DNA of 36,830 nt, from the NCBI GenBank assembly GCA_040143965.1, contig JASJQH010006932.1, forward strand, positions 1 through 36,830. The letters are read 5' to 3'. Within the stretch, counting starts at the first letter, position 1; every line of letters begins with the position of its first letter. Source of the DNA: Basidiobolus ranarum (Eukaryota). A program made the translations under genes and the position numbers. Shown here in pieces: positions 1 through 10,065 of the stretch. The notes beneath the pieces were generated by a model. That model did no database searches and was not told the origin of the DNA. It was given only the letters and a program-made list of their open reading frames with translations.

Positions 1-1500
1 TGCTAGTGGATACTAGGCTTGGATAGAAATGAGAGGGGAATATTGAATTTGTTGAGGAACACTGAGAAGTGTTGAGATCCTATATTCGTTGAGACACACA
101 CTAAACCAAAAGGTTCAGTTAGCTTTATTTATACTTTTTGATAGCAAAGTGAATTAGTCAGCGCCAAGATATTAGATGACTAATTCTGATAGAAGAAAAT
201 GTGATTGGATAGATAGATAGATAGATAAGTGAGTCATGCATCAGCTGAAGTCTTGGCAGTGAAAGATCATTGGTTATGAATCTTGTGACTCATATTGACT
301 TGTGTCTAGGCAGATGACTCAGAGGTTAATACTGATTGGATAATGATCATATGATTGGTCATATGATCTGATAGAAGGGATAAGAGAATAGATAGTTAGT
401 CATGTGGGAAGTCACATGATAGAGTCACTGGATAAGGTCAGGTGACCAGCTAGCAAGGATGATAAACTAAATAGATATTCAAGCAAGTCAGAGTTTAAGA
501 CAATCAGTATTTAATAATATTTCATTTAGTATATTGGGTTGCTCCCTTACAAGACTTGCAAGCAAAAATTACATAGTATTGGAGATGCAACTTTCAGCAG
601 ATGGTTGTTGTCTGGCATGTCAAACATGATGGGAATGGAATCTCATTCTTTCCAACTCTATCATAGAAATAGGATAATATTCACTCTTCTACACTTCACT
701 CAAGCATATCATATTGACTTATTGACTCCACCATGATATTGTGGCCATATTTGCAGAATACTGGTATTTTTCAGATTTGATGAAACTTGTAGTACTACAT
801 GAGTTGTATTACAGTTGATAAAACCGTTTTTGGCTATATCTCAAAGAATAATGCATTTCATGACTTCAGTGTTGGCTCTTAGGTGTATAAGTATAACTTC
901 TAATAACACATGAGCAGACACAATATTATTGGAAAAGATCCACCAGCTTCCAGAGCTGCTTATTCTTCAAGTATATTACGTTGATATTGAATCTTTGTCA
1001 GGTCCACTTGTTATTGAAGTAATTGTTCCACCAAACTAAAATCCAGCCCTGGTTTTACCTAAAACACTCACAATGTCAGGATAAACAACAATGGTCGGTG
1101 GTATAAAATATAGCTTGTCATCATACACATCTCTGCACTCAATGAACCTCATATTTTAGGTGTCAAACGGTCAGCAGTTTTTGAGTATATTGCAATTACT
1201 GGAAGTATATATCCGCAATGTTCAGGTTCAACCCATGATCTTGGGATAACCCACACTTGGTTCACCAAGACTAAGCATTCCCCTTTCGATACTCTCTCAA
1301 AGGTCTTGCAATCTAACACTTGTAAGATACCGAGTCTAGCGGTCTTGGATAACCATAGTATATCTCACCGTTGCTATTCCCAAGGCTGATCTAAGTCTTG
1401 ATATTTTAGAAAAGCACCTCTACTAAAGCAGCTGTAGGTTCCACGCTTTTTTGTTCCTTTGGCTCCGCAAAGTTCCAATAGTTTCTCTTCAGTCATAATA
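1..1500 (-). mobile_element. Probable degenerate transposable-element relic (LTR-like or regulatory segment plus stop-riddled coding remnant)
   Basis: No CpG between 164 and 824, with many TG/CA motifs (TGACTC, CACATG, CATG). The minus strand carries a TATAAATAAA box near 124-133. Minus-strand reading frames over ~540-1500 are short and broken by stops. No intact TE domain was recognised. Confidence 0.35.
208..227 (+). repeat. (GATA)5 microsatellite
   Basis: gatagatagatagatagata seen directly. Confidence 0.9.
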
Positions 1501-2435
1501 ATAATATAAATGCTTGGGGTAGATATGATAAACTAATCAGTGGATGAGGCAAGTTTCTGCTATTTATCTTATGCATTAGTAACTTGTCTCAACGGTTTGG
1601 ACAAGCAGTTGATTGGATAGTATAATAACAGCATGGGAAAGCAATTTACTTGGATTCTGGGCTAGGCAGTATATTTCAACAAGGGGGGATACATCTCAGT
1701 GCTCAGCTGTGTGTATATCGAATATGGAGTAACATTTGCTTGGGGTAGCTCGATCGTTGATGGAATTCAATATCTGTACCATAGGAATTTATTAGTGATT
1801 TCTTTGCATTGCTGCAGCTCAATAGAATGCCGATGACATAACATGCCATTCTAGAGTTATGGATCTGATCGTGATATGTGGGAGAAAAGGGGCATTCAGA
1901 AGTGCTTTCTGATGTGGAGCAAGTGTGGACGTATGTGGAGCAACAAGCATTGAATATATATGTGTATACATATGATAAATGAAGTATATATAGATTACTG
2001 TACATGAAGAGAAAATCCATATAAGCCGCCAAATAACGATCTAAATCTAATCTATCGGATGCATGTGTATATATATATACTTGAAGTATACCAATAAATA
2101 CTCCGAACTGTTGAACCTCATATACAATAAGAACGGGTTACAAGTAGACAGTACAATGAAGATTGGTCAGAATTGGATAGGTTATAATCCTAAAGTCGCT
2201 AAAGCTTAAGCAACCCCAGTGTAACCAGCTGCATGTTGAAGCATACTAGATAAACAGCCGATGCAATCAATCCCCTTTCGAGAGATGAGCTATTGCGTCA
2301 AGTACATACTGTACGAAGCTTGCACAAAGAGCACACCAAATGACTTGGGGTTCTTGGTATAAATACCTGAACCGAAACCATTCATCTATCGTAGCAAGTT
2401 TTGCATAATCCCCAACCCTCTTCAGATAAATTATT

Positions 2436-3991
2436 ATGAAAGTTTTCTCGAGATTGGCCCACCTTACAATCATACTGACTATCACCACTAGTCTAGTAGC
2501 CGCTCAACAACAGAGGCAACCACAACAGCCGCAACCCCGACAATGTTCGAAGATTACTTTACGCAAGGAAGTTAGACAACTCACCCAAAAAGAGTGGGAT
2601 GATTTTGTAGCAGCAGTCAAACAACTCCATACTGGAACTCCCCCAACCATATATGATAGATTTGTGGATATTCATCTTCAAAACGTGGCCAGTGCACACG
2701 CTATTCCTGCATTCTTTCCTTGGCATCGGATGTTTGTCAAGGCCTTTGAACAGCAACTTCAGATCATCAACCCAAATGTTGCTGTACCTTACTGGGTAGG
2801 TCCCCTATAACCGTCTCTGTATTACTTCATAAACTAACGACCGTTTGTTCCCAGGATTGGACGTTAGATTCCCAAGCCCCAGAAAGAAGCGAAATCTTTT
2901 TCCCACAGTATTTTGGATCTGGTGGAGAATCGACGTGCGTAGAAGATGGTCCATTCTCTGGCTGGATGATGAACACTCCCAAGCCTCACTGTCTTCGAAG
3001 AAAATGGAACAAAGGAAAACAAATCAGCGCTTTCTATCCCCCTGAATTACTTTCCCGCATTCTAAATGAAGCCAAAAGCTATTCTGAGTTTAGAGTAGCT
3101 GTCGAAGCCGCTCCCCACGGTCTAGTTCACGTGAATATTGGTAGTGATGGAGGAGATGTGAGTACGATGTGGAGTCCGAATGAGTAAGTTTTATTTCCAT
3201 CTCTGTAGAATCTGAGGTGTATGTACTAAGAACATTTCTAAAGCCCAATCTTCTGGATTCATCATTCCTTTGTTGACAAGATTTGGGCCGACTTCCAACT
3301 CCTCAAACCGGAATTGGCAGGTACATATGATGGCAAAGATAGATATAATAGAACAGTTAGCAAAGAGGATATTGTCCCTCCATTCAACGTGAAAGTGTCC
3401 GACACTCTCTTTGTCACTCAATCGCCACTTTGCTACCGATACACCAACCCAGGACTTGTGGCCAAAGGAGGCCTTCGTCAAATCACCACACCAGTTTCTG
3501 AACAAAGAAAGAGAGCCGTTGATAGTCTTGAATCGTCGGTTAGTCCGGATGATAGAGAAGACCAGAAAAACCTTCGTACTCCAAATCCACTACCGGATTC
3601 ATGGATTGAAATGATGGAGCTAAATCCGGAGAAAGTTCGTGCCATGGAAAGCCAATTCGCGATATTCATAGACATGCTGAACAAGGACAAAGCTTACACT
3701 TCTCCCGTAGCCTTATCCAAGAGACGTGAGACTATTGGCAAACTTATTAGTGGAGCCTTGGACACCCTAGGATTGTTTGAAGGCTTGACTAAAATCCCGA
3801 CGTTGAATTTGTCTAGTTTAGTTAAGGTTGGTGACAAACCACCTCTAGCAAGTGCCATAGAACCCCTTACTAATGTGATAGGTTCTTTGATAAATCAACA
3901 TGATGATACTTCCGGAAATACACAGAATAGCCATTATCGAACGGAGGACGTACTAAGTCTCAAAGTTGGCGGGATTCACCTTGGCCTTTAA
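2436..3991 (+). CDS. Secreted tyrosinase (type-3 di-copper centre); exons 2436-2795, 2855-3183, 3244-3991
   Basis: Signal-peptide-like N-terminus. Motifs RKEVRQL, CuA H...H...FFPWHR, and CuB PHGLVH. PYW|DW and SPN-D-PIFWIHHSFVDKIW are both restored by GT-AG splicing. Confidence 0.92.
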
Positions 3992-4316
3992 CCCTACCTA
4001 TTCATAATTCCTAATTCTCGTTTTCCTCATTCACCTACTCGACCTACTTTTCTTAAAATAGAATCTTTGACTTTATTCCGTCTTGGTTACTCACATTATT
4101 TATCTTCGAAGGAAAATGTTCTCTTTAGCCTGTTCTTGTGATTTTATAAAATTCTTTTATTTATAAATATATTGACTCTGTTAGAGTTTAGCGATTCTAT
4201 GATTCGATCAATCCCTGGATGGAGATACACTATTTATATATTTCCATCTTAAAGCTAAATAGTGAATTTCTCACCCTTGTCTACTCTACAGAAACCTGGT
4301 GGGAAATTTCCCCTCA

Positions 4317-5944
4317 TGAACATTACCACTCTCGAAAGTTATAAGCATTGTCTTATCCGCATGTACGTTCAAAACCCAGTCTTAATGGGCGAAATACTAA
4401 AGGATGAGCCTAACTTTGACTGGAGTAACAAAAGTTTGAACATAAATACTGTCTTTACAGATAACGTTGAGAGTACTGAAGAATTAGAGGACTTATTACC
4501 GGAATATTTGGCGAAACTCGCATACTCTTATGGCTATCACGAACTATACTTTCAACTGTACACTTGGCTTCATCAAACTCCTGGAACCGAAACACCCCTA
4601 GATCTTTCAAAGCATGCTGGACATCTGGTCTTCAATAAAACCAGTCAAGAACTTTTCGTGTGTGAAAGTAAAACTTCTTTAGAGAAGAGTCATTTACCAC
4701 TTAACACTTTCTCACCACCTGTATTACGCGTTCACGTTACTCAGGATGCTTCAAACAACGAGGTTAACTTTCTCTTATTTTTTAATAAAATTCACCCTTC
4801 TTTTATTCAAAAAAAAACTCTCCTCGTAGGCTTTGGAAACCATTTCCACCTCAGATAATCCAATAGGTCCGGTCATAGACTTTGGAAATATGAACCCTAT
4901 ACTCAAAAAACTATCTCCGCTATTAAACTTTCAGGTATGTGCCTGAGTTAGATCGTACTATTCTCCCATAGATTAGTACTAACTAGTAAATCTTTAAGAA
5001 TTCTGGACAACCTTTGGACGTCATACTTCAAGGTACTCTTCGATGGGTTCAGAGTCAATCTAAGATGATACCTACGTCCTCTGATACCATTGGTTCACTT
5101 ATGGAAACGGTTCTACAAAGAAATCTCCAGAAGGTCAGTCAAGTCAAAGAAGGTACTAGTAGAATCACGTTGAGAAGAGTGTTTGGTAGATTGATAAATT
5201 TATCTTCTCTCAGGTCTAGAGAAACAACTCCAACCGTCTAATTCCTTAGCTGATCTGAAGTACTCTTTACAAACAGCATTGCTCAAAAGCAATGGCATTT
5301 ACTTCCTGTGTATGTGGGATATTTGTAAAAAGAAATGGGCAAAGTACCATGATAACGCGATTGAACATGTATGTCGATAATGTACGCTTTGTTCTTTCAT
5401 TCACTTACCTCTTTAAAAGATCACAGAGGAGACACTGTCCTCGTATCTCAATGGCTCCGAAGCAGTAGTAGCAGTTTGGCTGATGTACATAAGACAAGAT
5501 TACTGGATTGGTAAGCATTGTATCATAATGTTCTTGGAATTCAAGTATGCTAAAGTCGGTATTATAGCACTAAATGCTTCATCCCTCAGCATGGCAAATA
5601 CAGATCACCCGTCATCAAACTACATAGATAATTCCGCAGTTCCAAATGGCTCTAATGACTCTGCCTATGCTGAAACATACGAATACTATGATGATATGGC
5701 AGACGATGAAGTGTATGACATTATTGCATGCCATATATGTAATAATGGAGACTCCGATCCAGGAAACCAGATATTACTCTGCGATGGCTGTAATGGGGCT
5801 ATTCATCAGCTATGTCAAATCCCAGTCATCACAGAGACAGAAATTGAATATGATCCTTGGTACTGTATAAAGTGCTGGAGAGCACGAAATCCGCCCGTAT
5901 CAGTTGACGGAATGGATGATTTGAAACGTAGGAGAATCGAATGA
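4317..5944 (+). CDS. PHD-finger protein with an N-terminal degenerate USP-like region; exons ~4317-4762, 4830-4934, 4999-5152, 5214-5368, 5420-5510, 5568-5944 (start uncertain)
   Basis: GT-AG introns join into one open frame. C-terminal C4HC3 PHD (CHIC...CDGCNGAIHQLC...CIKC) followed by a basic KRRR tail. Confidence 0.75.
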
Positions 5945-6224
5945 CATATCATCTGTGTTTCCTTGCTTCATCACTTGTCACGTCCAAGCTACGATTATAG
6001 ATACTACCATGTTGATACTTGTCAATGTACAATCATTGTATAGACGAAATAAATCCCTTTGCTTTCTTTTGACCTCTTTTGCTGTTGGATAAACCTGTGA
6101 TGGTAGTGTAAAGATGGTAGTGTAAAAATAGCTGAAAATTTTAATGATTTCCTCTCAAGATGAACATTGATATGGATGCTAAGCGTATGTCCTCAAAGAT
6201 GTGTAATGTAAAGGAATAATGAGG

Positions 6225-6327
6225 GTAGAAGTTCATATATACAATCGTACGTTTATTAAGTAGAAGTTCATATATACAATCGTACGTTTATTAAGTAGAA
6301 GTTCATATATACAATCGTATGTTTATT
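6225..6327 (+). repeat. 35-bp tandem repeat, ~3 copies (GTAGAAGTTCATATATACAATCGTACGTTTATTAA)
   Basis: Units start at 6225, 6260 and 6295; the first two are identical. Confidence 0.95.
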
Positions 6328-6484
6328 TGTCAAGATAAAAATACAAGAATTTCACCAAGAAATGCTTCAAATAAAGTAATAAATGTCACTCAAGTATCTA
6401 CAAGCCATTGGAAGTTACAAAAGGCAAATACTGTTGCATACTACATAATCACCCTCATGACTGGCTTTTTACCAAATCACTATC

Positions 6485-7649
6485 TCAACGAGACTTTCTC
6501 TTCCTAGAGTTGGCCTCACTTGAACTGGCTTCGAAATAGATATCCTGCTGTGCTGGATATTGTGCACTGTAAATCTCCGTAAATTCAGAATGATCATTGA
6601 ATTGAAGATTCGGAAAGAGTGCGTGTAACTGTGGTAAGCTCAAGCTTTCTTGGCCAGGCCAATTTAAGCTACTTGATGTGCCTTCATCCCAGGCACAAGC
6701 GCCGGTCTGTGTTTTCCAGAAGATATTTGGAAAAGTCGTGTCAGAAGGTAACAACGAGACTGGTACGTACTGTTCAAATGGTTCATTTAGAGCCTGATTA
6801 GTCCTGACTTCTAAGCTCCAATTGGAAGATTCGTCATATGCATCGGACTGACTTTGGCATTCACCGACGGGCTCCACGGATTGAAACTTGCTATTATCAG
6901 GGCTTTCGGAGCTCGTTGTGTAGCCTTTGACGGGTTTACGGAAGCGATGCTGCTTAATTAGATCAGAGCTCAGTCTGATTTGGGCTAATTCCATAAAAGC
7001 AAGAGGCGGATTCAAGCGGCCCGCATGGACGTCTAAATAAAGAGATAAGCATCAATACGTTCATCCTAACCTTTGTATAAGTCTACCTTCTATAGTATGA
7101 TAACAGATGAGGTGTTGGCAAGTGTTATTCAGTTCAATAGCAATTGTCTTTTTTATGAGACCCCCGTGTTTGAATACGAAAGTTCCTTTGTTACTTTCGA
7201 GCACACTAGACTTGTCTACATCCAGAAGCTCAGCGTCTTCATCAGCTCTACTGCTACCAGGCTTTCTGGGTGCAATCTTTTTGTCCAGTTCTCGATAGAC
7301 TAGAAAGTTCCCCAGGATCCTGGATGGCGACCATAACCGACCATCTGTCCAACGCTTGATTCCACTCTCTTTCTCGTCAAAGACATAGACTGAGCCGGAT
7401 CTCAATAATTTTTTTTCCTTTTCATGCAGACGCCGTCTCATCCTTGTTAACACACCTCTATTGCAGGCCTCTTTTCAACATGGTCAGCAAGAATGAGGTG
7501 GAATGTTAATCTCTATCTCTAATCACTTACCAACAATCATCAAAGCATCTCTCGTGCTTTCGATCAAACCTAAGGTAACAATTTAAGGACTCGTGGGAAC
7601 TAGCCAAGGGTGAGCAGAATGCGTAACACATACCATAAAACGTCTCCAT
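6485..7649 (-). CDS. Gti1/Pac2 (WOPR-domain) transcription factor, 4 exons
   Basis: Spliced N-terminus METFYG-LIESTRDALMIVEACNRGVL. Hallmark motifs RSGSVYVFDEKESGIKRWTDGRLWSPSRILGNFLVYRE and GLIKKTI...HLICY. Confidence 0.92.
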
Positions 7650-7837
7650 TGTCCACTTTATTAGCCAACTATGGTGAAAACCGTCTAGATGACTGCAGCA
7701 CTTTAGCCTTCTTATTATATGTTATAATAGAATTAAAAAATAGTTTATTTGATAGAATATCCACAGCCTCATTGATAATCGGAGTAAAGTTTATTTAATT
7801 CGTTTCAGCTCTGACTAGTGTGATCTTTCTCAGGAAT

Positions 7838-7904
7838 CTGCTTAAAGATGAATCCAAGGACGCTGCTTAAAAATGATTCCAAAGACGCTGCTTAGAAATG
7901 AATC
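7838..7904 (+). repeat. 25-bp imperfect tandem repeat (~2.7 copies) upstream of the WOPR gene
   Basis: CTGCTTAAAGATGAATCCAAGGACG / CTGCTTAAAAATGATTCCAAAGACG / CTGCTTAGAAATGAATC at 7838, 7863, 7888. Confidence 0.85.
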
Positions 7905-8067
7905 AGATTGATCAGTCACGTAACCTCTAAGCGCGTTTGGTTCATCAAATAATACCTGCATCATCAACACCAATCTTATCAATAATATCTTATGTTTTAT
8001 TCGAATCAACAGTGAGTAAACTGAGAGATAAAATCATTGATCTGCTACTGTAGCCTTAGCTGTTATG

Positions 8068-9497
8068 CTACAGTTCTTGAAGCTCTCTAATAGCCTTACC
8101 AGATTTCATGTGGGGACCAACGTAGATGGCTCTGCCAGAGGTAGTAAATTGGTAATTTGGATCGAATATAAGTCCTTCGGGAAGAACGTACTGCCGGTAG
8201 AAATTGCTACACTGGTATCCCACTCGATGCGAAATATACGAAGAGAACAGACCCCACTAACAGAAATTCAATATTAGATGAATGGGAAGGAGATTGGAAA
8301 GGGCGCTCACCTTATCACCACAACCAAACTCCGTAGCAACCTAAAGAAGAAAAGCACCAATCAATGACGGTAGTACGTCTGAGAAAGCCTATTCCAATTA
8401 CTCACCTTTAAGAATTGGCTTTTCTCTTCCTCCGTCCAGTCTCCAGTCCATTGCTCGATCCCCGGTTCAACATGTCTATAGAAATAGGCATTGGGATTTT
8501 TTTTGAACAGCTTGGACGCAACCAATTTGGCATCTGACCAACCGTTGGCATTCTTCTTGCCCTTTCGTCCTTTCTTCTCACCTACGAGGTCGATTGGTTC
8601 TATTTAATTCTTTTTTGCTTCTTTTCTTTATCAATGATCTCTTCAGAAGTTTAGCAGAAAGAGGGAGTTACCGGTTCCTAACGGATCTTTAAATGAAAAC
8701 TTTCCTCCCCCGTTCTTCTCCCATGCTTCAGCTGCGGAAGCCTCAAACCCGTGACGCTCCATTAACTCTGGATCAATCCAGCCTGTACAAGAAATCCAGT
8801 ATCAATTACAAAAGGTTCCTTTCGAGATTGAGGGGATAGCGATGATAATAGTAACTGACCTTTGTATTTACCACTAACTTTGATTGCATTGTCAGCAATT
8901 TCATTGGAAAAGAATTCCTCTGCCGGTTTAAGCACATTATCCAATTCGGGGACACTCTAAGTAGTGGACTTTAAATTAGATCATTCGAAAGGAGAGTGAG
9001 GAACAAAATACTAATCCATTGAATATATACATCATCTTCTTGATTCTCCTCTGGTATCTCCGAAGTTGGCCCTTCCCCTTTTAATCTTTTCGAAATTCTA
9101 CTTGGTCCGGGGTTCACTTTAACCGCCGCTTTCTCAGGTTTTTTCCGTTGAGTACGTTTTCTCACTACTTTTGGCTCGTCTGTGGGTGGTTTACTTTGTA
9201 CTGAACTTGTATTCGCCTCTAAAACGGAGTTCTCTTGTACATTACTTGTCTCGGTTACAAGGCTTAAGGATAGGAGTAATTCTCTGTTACGTTTAATATT
9301 CTCTTGGCGCTGTATTTCATATTCATTAAGTGCTACCAAAATAACCAAATGTTAAAGAAGTATTGTAAGGAAGAGGAATCCATTCCAATTAACAGTCTTT
9401 TGGGGGAATTTCGTTTTATGTCCTAATAAGAGTCTTCGAACATAACGGTAAAATTTATTAAAAGAAAAGTAATCTCACCTTCAGCTTTACTAGGCAT
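8068..9497 (-). CDS. Myb/SANT-like domain protein, multi-exon
   Basis: Spliced ORF starts MPSKAE-ALNEYEIQRQENIKRNRELL. The C-terminal region reads NPNAYFYRHVEPGIEQWTGDWTEEEKSQFLK...GCGDK-WGLFSSYISHRVGYQCSNFYR, a Myb repeat with the W-x-EEE...W...R...QC pattern. Confidence 0.72.
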
Positions 9498-9941
9498 GAC
9501 GAATATTTATGTCTCTATCTTTCAAAATAAATATTTTCTGGTTCAGTAATTGACTATGCTCGTTAGAAAAGAAGGAAGATTATGAGAAGGAATATCTTGA
9601 ACACAATTTTGTTGTTGGTAACGTTGATTCTAAATAAAAACAACCAGTGATGTTGATTACTTAGGGTCATGTATGTAAATGTGACTCTGATATACGTTTA
9701 TAGGGACAATTTTTAGGTTACTTACTCTTGGGTTAGGGGATGTAGATTGTTTACAAAAATCCGTTGAAGTTTCGCTTATGTCATAATCGACAAATCACTG
9801 GAACATTGGAGAGTGATATTCTCATTAGACTACTTTAACTATTAGCTAGATTGAGTTACTCTAGTTTAATACTTGTAGGTATTAGATTAGTGAAATGAGT
9901 AAGTTTAGAAGATTCAATTAAATGACCATAAAATTTATTCG

Positions 9942-10048
9942 GTAGATCATGATATTATATGATGAAAAAAAGGGGGATTTGTAGATCATGATATTTATAT
10001 GATGGGAAAAAAGGGAGAAATGTAGATCATGATATTATATGACGAAAA
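9942..10048 (+). repeat. ~40-bp imperfect tandem repeat, 3 copies (GTAGATCATGATATTATATGATGAAAAAAAGGGGGATTT), just downstream of the EXO84 stop
   Basis: Units start at 9942, 9981 and 10022. Confidence 0.9.
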
Positions 10049-10065
10049 CTAGATTGGAATTAACT

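Noticed and set aside
1703-2032. 109-aa minus-strand ORF
   Set aside because: Low-complexity TA-rich sequence, non-ATG start, and no recognisable domain
6225-6327. 35-bp repeats as a CRISPR array
   Set aside because: Head-to-tail units with no spacers, no cas genes, and a eukaryotic context
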